The position numbers and the translations under genes were made by a program. Below, one piece after another: positions 21,589-32,800 of a stretch of 64,000 nucleotides of DNA (within the stretch, counting starts at the first letter, position 1; each line of letters opens with the position of its first letter). The stretch comes from Schizochytrium sp. TIO01 (Eukaryota; Protista; Bigyra: Labyrinthulomycetes), in NCBI GenBank assembly GCA_004764695.1, contig SMSO01000033.1, forward strand, positions 1,240,001 through 1,304,000. The letters are read 5' to 3'. The notes below the pieces were generated by a model. It ran no database searches. It saw only the letters and a program-made list of their open reading frames with translations, and was not told the DNA's origin.

Positions 21589-24000
21589 TTAGAGGTCCAA
21601 CATGAATTGTACACGTCTTTTCGCTGCACCAGAATCGTCTTGGGATGCAACCTGGTGTTGTTGTCTCTGCACAGCTTTGGCACGGTCTTCAGCACTAACA
21701 GACACTAGCGATTGAAGTTTAGAGTTCACGTGATGGCGAAGAATTGCCACTTGGGAAATTGGAGGTAGAGGAATGGGGATAAAGTAAGCATCAGCAGGTA
21801 CATGGTCCAAGGGGGGCATGTTACGCACCATTTTCTCAAGCTCTTCAAGGGGCACGCCGCTGCTCAAGAAGTTCATGAGGTCAAGCTTAATAAGTTCAAT
21901 ATGCCAGAAATAAGCTCGCCAAAACGCAGCCTCCGAAATCTTACCAGGGACGAGATCCAATCGCGCACGTTCTAGATTTGGGTCTAAATCTAGTGCGCAT
22001 TTCGCTTGAAATTTGATAGAAGCTATCGAGAGTTCAAAATCTTCAGGAGGAGGTTTTAGAAGTTCCGTCCAACGTGAAGCCCATATCTCCTTTTTCTTAC
22101 TTAAAGATTTAACTCGATCACGCAATAGAAGCTTATAGATTTTGCTCATACGCGGGTTCGGCAGGTCATTGACATTCCATGGGGCTCCATGTATGCATGT
22201 GTACTCGCTTCGAATCATCGCCCACTCTTCCTTCATATCAGGAATCGAATAGTAATCATTGTCTCCATCTTCATCCTCATCCTCATCCTCATCTTCATCT
22301 TCATCCTCTTCGTTTTCGTCTTCACCTGCGTCGTAATTGTCCTCTGCATCCTCAGCTTCGTCATCTCCATCATTGGCATTATCCTCCTCAGTTTGGATGC
22401 CTCCTAGTTGATGTTGTTGCTGTTGCTGTTGCTGCAGATGATCTGTAGAAGGATCTTGGCCGCCTTCAGGCCCGACATCATTTGGATCCTTGCTATGAGA
22501 ATATTTTGCTTCGACAGCTGGCAAGGTGTTAGACGGATGTGTTTCCTCTAAGACAGGCGCGGGGGGAGTTGAGGAGTCCGTCTGGTTTTCAATCTGCGCT
22601 GGGCTAGTTTGCGCATCATCGTTTTGGGATGCCAACTGTATATCCTCCAATGGAGCAATATCTGTGGTGGGTTCTTCCTCTAGTGCCGTTTTGTTTTTGC
22701 TTTCAATGTTTGATGGCTCTAGAAGAGCGACAGGGAATTTCTTCTTGCGATTCGGGCTGTCTTCTGGAGACCTGGCGGCGTTCTTTGGGGAGGAAGACGA
22801 TGTTGAACGAGGACTTCCTCCTCCGCTAGACTTCCGTCTAAGCCCTCCCTTTGTAACAGCTTTTTTTGGGGGGCGCGGTGGTATGTGAAAGCTCTGGCGC
22901 TCAAGATGAATGCCTAGCGGCCCTTCAATGTGAAAGACGTCTGAAGACGCAAGTATTTTTTCCGGCGAATCCGACATCTCTCCACAGACGTATGAGATAC
23001 GGAAGCTGTTATAACCATCCAGCAAATCTGGTACGGAAAATGTCGCGATTGCTTTAGGTGTTCCCGTGCGATCAACAATGAGTCTGCAGCTTGCAATTCT
23101 CTTAAATCTTGTGAGCAGTGGCGCCATATTCCAAGGCGTCTGTCGCACTGTCATCACTTGTATAAAGTCCAGTTGGTCTAGCGCTAAGTCAAGCACCCCT
23201 TCACTAGGAAAGTGGACAATGCAGTCGAGTTTCTCTCTTGGATCCTCCTCATTTTTTGCCACTTCGATTTGAATCTTTGCCTGCCAGTTTGCATATGTGA
23301 TTTTCTCCTGGAATAACGGCCGTGCCTCTTGCAATAACGCTCGTGGAATCCTCAACAAGTTCATCCTTGCTTGTCCCGCCCCCCGAGGTTCTGCTTTCTT
23401 GCTAACTTTTTTATTTCCTACCCTCGATCTCGATTTCAACGGTTCTTTCTCGACTTCTTCGGAGTCCTTTCCATTACGAGAGTTGAAGTTGCTCTCGCTG
23501 TTATTATTGGCATTGGCCTCGTCTTCGTCATCCTCGTTCTCACTCGTGTTTTCATCTTCATCCTCGTCATCGCTTTTGTCATCGACGGAGTTAATGGGCT
23601 CTCTGCCCTGGACTTGGCTGGCGAGAACCTGGAGTGCAAAGAGGCCATCGTGATCTCTGGCAAGCGGTGGTGCCCCTCTTTGGAGCAGCAGTGCAGCCGT
23701 TTCGACGGCGCCAATAGAGCATGCGTGGTGCATGGCGGTCCATCCGCGAGCATCTGCGTGTGCAAGGTCAGAGCCAAAATCAATAAGGACCTTGACAACC
23801 TTGTCTCTGCGCAAAGTGCCTACATCAGCCTGCCTTGACCCTGCTGCCACCAGCAGCGCAGTCCTGCCCTGGCTGTCCTGTTCAGCTAGCAGTTCTTCTC
23901 TGCGCGAAGAGCTACGCACTGCCTTGCTCACCGCTTTCAAATCGCCATCGTGCGCGGCGCGATGCAGGTCGCGGCCTTCTGTGGACAGGCTGCTGCCCAT
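21589..24000 (-). CDS. Ankyrin-repeat and BSD-domain protein with acidic low-complexity linkers, 803 aa
   Basis: Ankyrin motifs LHRAAHDGD, GRTALLVAA and GWTAMHHACSIG at the N-terminus. DPNLERARLDLVPGKISEAAFWRAYFWHI matches the BSD consensus (LVP..(V/I)SE..FW..YF). Confidence 0.85.
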   Translation of the reverse strand: MGSSLSTEGRDLHRAAHDGDLKAVSKAVRSSSRREELLAEQDSQGRTALLVAAGSRQADVGTLRRDKVVKVLIDFGSDLAHADARGWTAMHHACSIGAVETAALLLQRGAPPLARDHDGLFALQVLASQVQGREPINSVDDKSDDEDEDENTSENEDDEDEANANNNSESNFNSRNGKDSEEVEKEPLKSRSRVGNKKVSKKAEPRGAGQARMNLLRIPRALLQEARPLFQEKITYANWQAKIQIEVAKNEEDPREKLDCIVHFPSEGVLDLALDQLDFIQVMTVRQTPWNMAPLLTRFKRIASCRLIVDRTGTPKAIATFSVPDLLDGYNSFRISYVCGEMSDSPEKILASSDVFHIEGPLGIHLERQSFHIPPRPPKKAVTKGGLRRKSSGGGSPRSTSSSSPKNAARSPEDSPNRKKKFPVALLEPSNIESKNKTALEEEPTTDIAPLEDIQLASQNDDAQTSPAQIENQTDSSTPPAPVLEETHPSNTLPAVEAKYSHSKDPNDVGPEGGQDPSTDHLQQQQQQQHQLGGIQTEEDNANDGDDEAEDAEDNYDAGEDENEEDEDEDEDEDEDEDGDNDYYSIPDMKEEWAMIRSEYTCIHGAPWNVNDLPNPRMSKIYKLLLRDRVKSLSKKKEIWASRWTELLKPPPEDFELSIASIKFQAKCALDLDPNLERARLDLVPGKISEAAFWRAYFWHIELIKLDLMNFLSSGVPLEELEKMVRNMPPLDHVPADAYFIPIPLPPISQVAILRHHVNSKLQSLVSVSAEDRAKAVQRQQHQVASQDDSGAAKRRVQFMLDL

Positions 24001-24784
24001 CCTCCTCGCCGACCTTCTGCCTGCTTCCCACCTGCGTGCTCCGAGGTTCTCCGCTACGGAGGCGTTGCCGGTTTGGATGAACTCCTTTCTTTCAATTCTT
24101 TGTGTACCGACGACTGTTTTTATGCTTCAATTTGATTTCGCTGTGTAGTCTCTTTCTTTATTCTACCATATCACACTAATAGACACCTATTGCCGTTCAT
24201 ACTGCTCTCTGTGTATTTGGTTGTTCTCTTTGTGCGACTTCGACTTCTTCAAACTTCGTTCTTGTACTCGATCTCGACTTTGGCTTATGTGGGATTCTCG
24301 TCTTCCCCGATCTCAGGTCCTCCGCAATCGTGGCTTAGAACTTGAACAGAACGTTTGGATGGACTTCGACTTAGTTGCAATGGCCAATGGTAATCGTGGT
24401 TGGCAAGTTTTGTTGCTGTGATGAAAGTGTCGATCACGATCAACATATGATGGCAACTTGATAGCAGTTTTTATAATTCATCAATTGCGAGGTGTGCCGC
24501 AAGGATGAAGAGCTTCTGCCAAAGGTTGTTAAGTGGTTGCTTTTTCACTCTAAAGAGTGAGTGAGCTGCCAGCCTGCCACCAGATTACCTGAGCTTCGTC
24601 AAGGTGGAATCTTCAAGTAAGACTTCATTTTGCAACTCTAAAATCAAATCAGCTGTGAAACTTTGCGAGAGACCTTCGATTCTCAAGTCACCTTGGGATG
24701 GTGACCTTCTGGTAGCTCGCCTCTTCGGTATAGGGAAGATATTGGGTCGTGGATCGTGACGACACGCCAGTGAACCTATATAAT

Positions 24785-24864
24785 TGTATGAAGACTGTAT
24801 GAAGACTGTATGAAAACTGTATGAAACTTCATATGAAAACTTTATATGAAAACTGATATGAAAG
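24785..24864. repeat. Degenerating ~10-13 bp tandem array with a TATGAA core (7 units)
   Basis: tgtatgaagac tgtatgaagac tgtatgaaaac tgtatgaaac ttcatatgaaaac tttatatgaaaac tgatatgaaagc, lying in the divergent intergenic region. Confidence 0.8.
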
Positions 24865-25739
24865 CTTTTGCGCGTAAAGCTGCAACCTCTCTAAAAGTCC
24901 AGCAAACAAGATGAAAGCCACTAATAGTAGGCCTATTATATACCCTAAGCTAAGAGAACCGTCTCATCATTGCACGACCCGCGACGCTGAAGAGTCCATA
25001 TAGCGCCTTGTGGAGAGACTATTCGCGGCAGGCGGTCTGAGGGGCCTTGCAAGAAGTTGAGGCCGACATAAGACGAAGATGAATGAAGGTTTTCTCAAGG
25101 TAGCAGCAGTCATCCGCGTTCGCTTTGACACATTTTTGTTCTTTACTCGAGGTCGGCTCTATAGTGGCAAATAATGCAATAAAACGACCTAAAGTAAACT
25201 ATATAGATCTTATAATTCGCGGTCGTGTCGCCACATTGGAAGCGGAACGAGGATCTAAAATTCAATGTTGCCTGGGAAGTTATTGCAAAAGACAGATCTG
25301 AGAATACGCATACCTGATCCTCAAGAATAAATAAAGATGTTGACGATATCACCACGTCTTCAATCTTTAGCATAGAATAAAAATCCCAGTCTGCGAGGGC
25401 TCTTAAGCGTATGTCTCAGCTGTTTTTCACATATAAGAGAAAAAGAACCGAAATATCAAAAAAGGCAGCGACAGCCTACCTCGGATTTGCATAATGATTT
25501 GACGAAACTACTTATCCTATGGAACAGCACCTAGCTATAGAAAGACGCGCGGCAACCAACAAAATCCAAACGCAAGAGGCCTTGGCGGTCTCTGGCATTA
25601 AAGAGGAGAAGGAAAACGCGCTTGACTTTAGTCACGGCTTGAGACAAAGCGATCCGGTTCGTTGACAGAAAGATAGGGGACACAGATACAGAAAAACTTA
25701 TTCTCGCAGCCGGTTCCTGCAGGGAAGGAAGCTACCACG

Positions 25740-26513
25740 ATGGTGTCAGAACTGTCCTGGGCCCGAACAAATGTGGAGGAGTTCTTGGGTTGCGCACTTG
25801 CAGCACTTTTATCAGGAATTGCATTTTATGGACCTGTTGCATTGGATCTGAAGGGAGAAATGCTCGTCGGAACTCAAGGAGCACTATTCTACGTCTCACT
25901 ACTCATTCTTCATGAAGTTGGACTCCGTGCCATCACTAATCCAGCATTGCACTTGCAGCAATTCTTTCAGCAAAAAGATATGGTGTCCTTTATTACTGGC
26001 TCGTGGCTATCCTTTGTTGATATTTTGGGGTTTGCGCTCGGCAACCTTGCAATGTATAAGCTTGTCGGCCTTATTGACCCTGCACTCTCATTCGATCCGT
26101 TACCTCCTCAAGTTGGCTTTGTCTTTTCCACATACGCGGAAACAGTTCTTATTGAAGGTGCAATTCTTGTTTTACTTCAAGCATTTGGCCACTTTGTGAC
26201 ACCTTCCCTCTATGTAGAGAGTGCCTTCTGTACAATTGTTATTCTTATTTTTCTTGAACTCACCGGAAGTTACTCAAACCCTTCGTTATATTTGTCCAAG
26301 ATGCTCATTTCCAAGACTCCTAGTGTGGAGGAAGCTTCTGCGTACATGCTAGGCCCAATAATTGGTGCAGCAGCTGCTATGCCTTTTCTTCATCCGGCCA
26401 CTATTCCAGAGCCAACGGCCAGAAATCCACCCTCTACAGGAGGAGATAAGACAATAGCGGAGAAAACTGGCCAGCAAGACAATGTGAAAGCCAAGGTTGA
26501 AAAAGTCGAATGA
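25740..26513 (+). CDS. Divergent major intrinsic protein (aquaporin-like channel), 257 aa
   Basis: About six hydrophobic segments. First box ITNPAL (25938-25946), second box GSYSNPSL (26277-26285), and TM6-like YMLGPIIGAAAA (compare YWxGPxxGAxxA). Confidence 0.75.
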   Translation: MVSELSWARTNVEEFLGCALAALLSGIAFYGPVALDLKGEMLVGTQGALFYVSLLILHEVGLRAITNPALHLQQFFQQKDMVSFITGSWLSFVDILGFALGNLAMYKLVGLIDPALSFDPLPPQVGFVFSTYAETVLIEGAILVLLQAFGHFVTPSLYVESAFCTIVILIFLELTGSYSNPSLYLSKMLISKTPSVEEASAYMLGPIIGAAAAMPFLHPATIPEPTARNPPSTGGDKTIAEKTGQQDNVKAKVEKVE

Positions 26514-26939
26514 AATTTCAAGTTAGATAAAACATGGCTTATTGATACAAATGCCAGCCCAAGAAAGACTTAATCGTAAAAAGGAAATTTAGCATGTCTA
26601 TAGAGCTTCCTTCATCATATGAATAAAGTCCTCTCTTCTCGCACATTAGGCTTACTTGGACACTTCTGATTGTGTTTGTCGCACTAACGTTCTTAGTGGG
26701 CACATACAAAATACTCTAGTGTGCAGGTCAAATCCCCTATGAGTGGGGCAATCCATAAAAGAATCCAAATGAAATCCATGCAACGAAAATACTTATCGTA
26801 GAAAATCTAACAGCAGAGAGCCTATTTCTATACTACTATGCAATTATAGTTAGCCAATATATTTCACAAATGTAACGTGTAACTTTTAACTGTGAAGGCA
26901 GCCCATTTACCTTCCAGCTATTACTTAACTGATATTGAT

Positions 26940-28943
26940 TTAAAAGTCAACAGAGCCATCATGCTCGTTTACAATTGCAAAAGCAGGGATGGTAGAAGGA
27001 CGTTTTGCTTGTTTCGCTGCTCGGTCAGCAGCCAGTCGGTTTTGCTCTATTGAAACTTCATATGGAGAAACATATGTGCTAGAAATTGTCATTGCGGCGG
27101 CATCGTCATTTGCCATCTTGCCAGGATTACCATCTTTATCACCAAGTTGCTCGAGCTTTTTAGCAGTCCGCAAGGCAACTGCTTCCGCAGCCTTGCGCTT
27201 CTGGAAGGGTGTTAGCAATTCTGTAGCAGACTGGGTTGTTGGAGCACGTTGCTTGGACTTTGATTTGCTTTTAGTTGACCTTTGTTGAAGTCCAACAGAA
27301 TCTGGGTTATCGAGAAGTTTGTTGGCCTCATCCCACTTTTTCTTTTGGCGAATAATATCAAGGCGCTCAGCGATGAGATCTCTCCGAATCTTGGCATCTT
27401 GAGCTGCTTTCTTGCGTTGTTGAACAATTTCTTCTTTCCGATCAAGCATCTTATTGATTTTGCGAGTTTCCTGATTGATTTTATTCATAATTTGTTCCCG
27501 TTTATAGGCTTCTCTGCGACGTGCCATTTCTACCTTTTTCCGTTTTGCCTCAATACGCAAACGATTCTTCTCTTTTTGAATAGCGAGCTGCTGATCCTTG
27601 CTAATATTGATTTCCTCCAGAGCCTTTTCGATCTCTTCTTGTTTGGTGATAAGCTCCTGTGCACGAAGGGCCTCCTCGCGATGTGCCTCCTCGATGGCCC
27701 TGCGTCGCTTCTCCTCGTTGAGCTGCGCAAGCATGTTTTTGCGACGAAATTCGTCTTGCTTTTCTTCTTCAAGGCGTCGGGCACGCTCTTGCGCCATGAC
27801 TTCTTTCATATGCGCCTCATCTGCGCGCTTTTGTTCGGCTTCTTCGAGCAGCTTACGGTTCATTTCCATTCTTTCACGTGCCTTTTCCTGCTTTTCAATA
27901 GCCAGACGTGTGCGCTCCTCTTGTTGACGTGCGAGCTTTGCCAGTCGTCGTTTCTCCTTTTGTTCTGCCTCCATCTTGCGTTTAAGAATAGCTAGCTCAG
28001 CCACACGCATTCGGCGTGCAGAGTCTTCCTTCTGTGCTTGTGCCTTACGCTGTCGCTCTTGTTCAAGCCGAATAGCCTCTTTGCGTCTGATTTCCTCTTC
28101 TTGCTTCTTTCGATCCGCCAGCTCCTTTTCTCTTCGAAAAGCAGCCTCAGCTAGACGCCGCCTTTGTTTTTCTTGAAATTCCAATTGTGCCTCGCGTTGT
28201 AGTTCTTTCATCCGAGCTTCCTCCGCTGCCTTTTTCTTCCTCGCATTGACTTCCTTTGCAATTTTCCTGGCCCTCTCCTCTTCTGCAGCCGCTTTAGCTT
28301 CGGCTGCTTGCTGCAACTCCACTTGCCGCATCTCGAAAGCAAGCATCTGCTCGATCTCCTGTTTTTTGCGCAGCTGGATCTTTCGAAGGCGCTCCTCTTC
28401 TTGTTGAACTAGCTTAGCAATGTCGTCCTCGGGTTCTAATCCTCCAAGAACTGGTGTAGGGGATTTCTCTCCAGCAAGCATCTCCTTGCTTGCATCCTGT
28501 CGCTTGATAATGGTGTCCCTGGAAAGCCGCGCATCTTTCATCAAGTCGCGGCGTCTCGTGCTGTACTCTTCATATCGCAGACGTTGAACCTGTGGCGTAA
28601 CCTCTGGCTCAAAGAACGAATCAAGGTCCCGCACTCTCAAATCTTCAGAATCAATACCTGTCCGCAGTAGCGCCTCGGAAGACCTTGGCGTAAGAATGAC
28701 TCGTGGAATGGGTGGACACATTCCATACATTTTCTGGTTGCTCACGGACTCATACACGTCCTCAATAGTAAGTTTACGATGTCTGCGCTTTGAGATCTTT
28801 TTCCTTCTGCGCTTCTGGTCTCCGTGATCACTTTTGGAGGCCGATTCGAGCTCATCTAAGGCCGAGACATCATTCATATCTTCTCCACTTGGTGACATCA
28901 ACGAGGATTCGTCGAAGTCGCCTGACTTTGACTCAGTGTCCAT
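26940..28943 (-). CDS. Long charged coiled-coil protein, 667 aa, possibly CCDC177/CCDC185-like
   Basis: Long uninterrupted ORF with an E/K/R/Q-rich helical body. LTPRSSEALLRTGIDSEDL resembles the (S/T)PRSxEAxxRxGI motif I recall from CCDC177-like proteins; the family call is tentative. Confidence 0.75.
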   Translation of the reverse strand: MDTESKSGDFDESSLMSPSGEDMNDVSALDELESASKSDHGDQKRRRKKISKRRHRKLTIEDVYESVSNQKMYGMCPPIPRVILTPRSSEALLRTGIDSEDLRVRDLDSFFEPEVTPQVQRLRYEEYSTRRRDLMKDARLSRDTIIKRQDASKEMLAGEKSPTPVLGGLEPEDDIAKLVQQEEERLRKIQLRKKQEIEQMLAFEMRQVELQQAAEAKAAAEEERARKIAKEVNARKKKAAEEARMKELQREAQLEFQEKQRRRLAEAAFRREKELADRKKQEEEIRRKEAIRLEQERQRKAQAQKEDSARRMRVAELAILKRKMEAEQKEKRRLAKLARQQEERTRLAIEKQEKARERMEMNRKLLEEAEQKRADEAHMKEVMAQERARRLEEEKQDEFRRKNMLAQLNEEKRRRAIEEAHREEALRAQELITKQEEIEKALEEINISKDQQLAIQKEKNRLRIEAKRKKVEMARRREAYKREQIMNKINQETRKINKMLDRKEEIVQQRKKAAQDAKIRRDLIAERLDIIRQKKKWDEANKLLDNPDSVGLQQRSTKSKSKSKQRAPTTQSATELLTPFQKRKAAEAVALRTAKKLEQLGDKDGNPGKMANDDAAAMTISSTYVSPYEVSIEQNRLAADRAAKQAKRPSTIPAFAIVNEHDGSVDF

Positions 28944-29817
28944 CTTGAAGGATGTTGCAACTATTCACCGCTGAATGCAACCAGACGAAACTAGTTATCT
29001 ATACAGTTGACTGCTCTTGGACACAGCTATGGCCGAGGGCCGAGGTTATTTTTGAGACCTTGTGCACAGCGCTACCAATGAAGAGTTCAACTGTTGCGAT
29101 AAATAGCCCACGGAAAAGACAACAAATTAGGGAGCAACTCTATTGGTTTTCGTCCTGTGTCTGGGGTTTCGCTTAAACCTTGTACACCTGACGTGCGTGC
29201 TTCTTTCAAGCGCACCGATGTCTCGCTCTGCGTTTTATGTGAGAAATGAGGTAAAGAGAGGATTTATGTGCGAGGGCGAACACCGCCGTATGAGGGGGTT
29301 GTATTAAAAACATCAATTTATATATTGTAATACTAGCGCAAGTGCTAGCAAAAGAGAGAATCCGAGGTACACACCTTCTACATCGAGTCCTTGTTGAGAA
29401 GAGCTTGTGGAAAGAAAAACATGAGATACTAGCTAAAACATTATTTGATGACATTAAAGAAAACCACTACTAGTAGGAAACATGCCTAACTCCCTAGCGT
29501 TATACTAACTGTCAGTTTGCTGTTAACATTAGGTTTTTGGAGACTCAGGCAGCCGAACGGATAATTTTTAGGGAATGATGGGAATGGTGGGAACAAAGGG
29601 AATTTATTGGGAATTCCCTCTTACTCGTGCACACGCAAGATTTGGTTCAATAAAAATCTAGATTGAGAGCTCTGAAAAAAATAATTTTTGCGCATGATTG
29701 AGAGGTGTTATCAGTATACATGTTTGGTTGATAATAAAGACATGAAATGAAGAATGTAATTCTTTCCTTTTTTTATTTGTGGCAAATGTACATAATATGG
29801 TATTCGGATGCCAAAAT

Positions 29818-32800
29818 CTATATTGTTGGTGGTGGGGTAGCGGATTGCTCAGGTCTATCATTTTCCATGATAACGTTGGATGCGGAAAAATCGGGATCAA
29901 TCCCAAGAGCTCGAATAATTAACGCGGCTCGGTGTGCAGCATCCTGAACGAGAGCAATTAGTGTTTCTGTTTCGTTTGATTCAGGGACAGGCTTTTCGGT
30001 GTGCAAAAAGCTCAAAGCTGAAGCAAACGCATCTGAGGCTTTGCGCGTCTCGAAAGATACAAGTACTGTTCTTAAAAATGAAATTTCGGCTCGTAATTGC
30101 ATAGCGAAGCCACGTGCATTTGATGGATCAAAACCATCCGCTACGGCCGCAGAAATAGCAATAGAGTATATCAGAGCGAGGCGATGCATGAGACCACAAA
30201 TGAGGCGGCGAGTTCCAAGCTCGCCTACGCGAAAAGAGCATTCTGCGACGACATGGACAAGATGGGATAACACATCCATGGTGTATTGTCGAACCATCAC
30301 CGGTGGGTATTGCCAGTCGATGCGCATGGGCACCATAACAGATTCATTTACTAAGGACTTTAGACCATGGCCATTTTGTTGCACGTATTGGGCCATCAGT
30401 TTGTCTTCTAGTTTTTGCAATTTTTCATGTTGCTTTGTAACGAATGGCTCGCGCTCGTTCTGGTGAGTGCGGATCTCAGGTTGAATCGCTTCTGCTAAGA
30501 GTTGCTCCATACGATCCACAAAGGTGTCACGAAGGAAAAAGCAATCAGCAAATAGAAGCGCAATGGTTTCGGCAGATGCACCCTTTGATCGTCGCTCTGT
30601 CCAGGCACATATGTTGTCCAAAAGATCGGAGAATTTTGTACTCACGTCAGAGACACATTCATCAAGGAACGCATTACTCCAGAACGAAAGACCATCAGTA
30701 CTACGCACAAGTGTTTCAATATCTGCAAGTACTGCATGTAGTTGATCAACGGCCCTTACGACGACTACTAGTTGAGGTACATGACCATGTCGACCAGTTA
30801 CTCTAGGAAGAGAGCTCATCTCATCCTTTACGATGTCTTGTTTGGTTGTAGAAAGTTGCATTTCTAATTTACGGCGTGCATATTTCGCAGCAAGTCTCTC
30901 AAGAAGTGCAAAAGGCTCAGACTGTGCAATGAAATCAAGTCGAGACTGGTCCCCAGCGTGTTTACGCTCAAGACGCTTAGCGGCGTGTGCTGCTGCATTG
31001 AAGGCTCCGCGGGCGCGCATCGATCTACTACTTTCTAAGAGAGACTGCAGGGACTTTCGCACAACAGCAAGGTCACCCTTGGCAAAGCGAGCCTCCGCTA
31101 CGCGACGGCCAACATCCATATAAGCACTAACAATGCTCCATGCCATTTCATCACTTGACTTGCGTCGCTCCGCAAGATCTTCCAATGTACAGTTTGCGGC
31201 AGAGCGCTTACGAATATCAAAAAGCAGGTCAGTAGAGCCTGCACGATGTCTCCCATCGCGATCGTCATCACCTGGACTCGATGACGCACCAGCAGCGCCG
31301 CCGCGAGTACCACTTCTTGCATTTCGGAGACGAGCAAGTTCATCCATAACCTCGGTGTCTGCGTCCATCTCTGCGCTGGGGTCTTGAGCTACTTGCAATC
31401 CACCACTTCCTCGGCTGCTTACAATTGCCCCAGCCTCTCCTTTGACACGATTGAGGACATCAAAAATGTGTTCTTTTCCAGAAGAAGCACTTGAAGGATC
31501 TAAGCAGACCCGGGCATCTTCCCAAATGCCAAGATACGCACGAGCAATCTTACCTGCTTGGCGCAGTGCACCATGCTCGTTGGCATTGATAGCTTTGAGC
31601 GCAGCTGCACCATGTGTCTGCTGACTGACGGCCAAAACAAGGAATGGATCATTATCTTCGTCGAGCATACGATAGAGACGGCTTTGTTGGGGAACATGAT
31701 CCCGAAGTTCAAGAAGTAGGCTAAGAGCCTCTGTGCAGAGGAGACTATCGATTTGATCTTTGCGTAGGGCTAGGTCAGTGTCCTCAGTGAGAGTGCCCGC
31801 GTCACCACCATCTTTATCATCTCCAGTTAGCGCGGCCTGTGCAGCGCCGCCATCCTTTGCTGTGAGCTTAGACTTGAGAGCATTGACTAAGTCAATACCG
31901 CATGCCTCGAGATCACGCACAGCATCGTGATAGAAAGTGCGATGCTCGCCTACAGAGGATTTGTTTCGATTCAAAACAGCGAGAAGCTGGCCAACGTTTG
32001 AAAATTCAATGACGGCAACAATCCACTTGTGGCGCGCCATGAGATCCCGCAAGCGTTGGGGCAATTGCCACAAGTACTCGAGACGTTGAAGCATGTCAGC
32101 TGCGCGGCGAAGTTTGCGAATTCGCTTGCGCTTAGCCAATAGAGGAGAGAAATTTTCTTCTGCTGTTCCAAGTGCTTGCTCCAGAATCGAGTCCACCTTG
32201 GCAGTTCGTCCAGGCCCATTTGCTGTAGAAGAAGAAGAAGAAGATGCGGCGTTGTTATTTGCAATGATTGTGGAAGAGCTGGAGTGTTGCATCCGGCCCG
32301 AGTTGGATTGCATCGGGGAATCACTAGCTGAAGGGGCAGTGACAGCATGCTGGCGCATCAATGAATCAATTTGACCAATGGTTGAGCGGCAGTGGACAAA
32401 CTCATCAAAATTCTCCCGGACCAGATTTTTCATGGCACGTGTTTGATCTTCGTTATCCTTTTCTAAATTACGCAAACCAAGGACGAGGTCACCTAGCTCT
32501 GTGTTACGATGTACGCGCCAAAGATAAAGACTCGGGTTAAAATTGTCAGCATTTGGCATCAGCGAAAGCTTGTCGTTCTGGCCTGTGCCAGATGCCAAAG
32601 GCGAGCGATTACTTGCAAAAGAGGTATGCGCACTAGGGAGTGAGGAACGGAAAGAACCTGACTCGGGGCGTGGCGGGTTTTGCTTAGCATATTCATATAT
32701 TTGTGCAAGCACTTGGCGGTCAAGAAAGTGGTCTCGATCTTCTTGAGAGATTTCTGGCTCGATTGAGTTCGCAGTAGCATCCATTGTAGTCTCGCCAGCA

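Noticed and set aside
24785-24864. Possible CRISPR-like array
   Set aside because: Units are only 10-13 bp, abut without unique spacers, and there are no cas genes; the context is eukaryotic.
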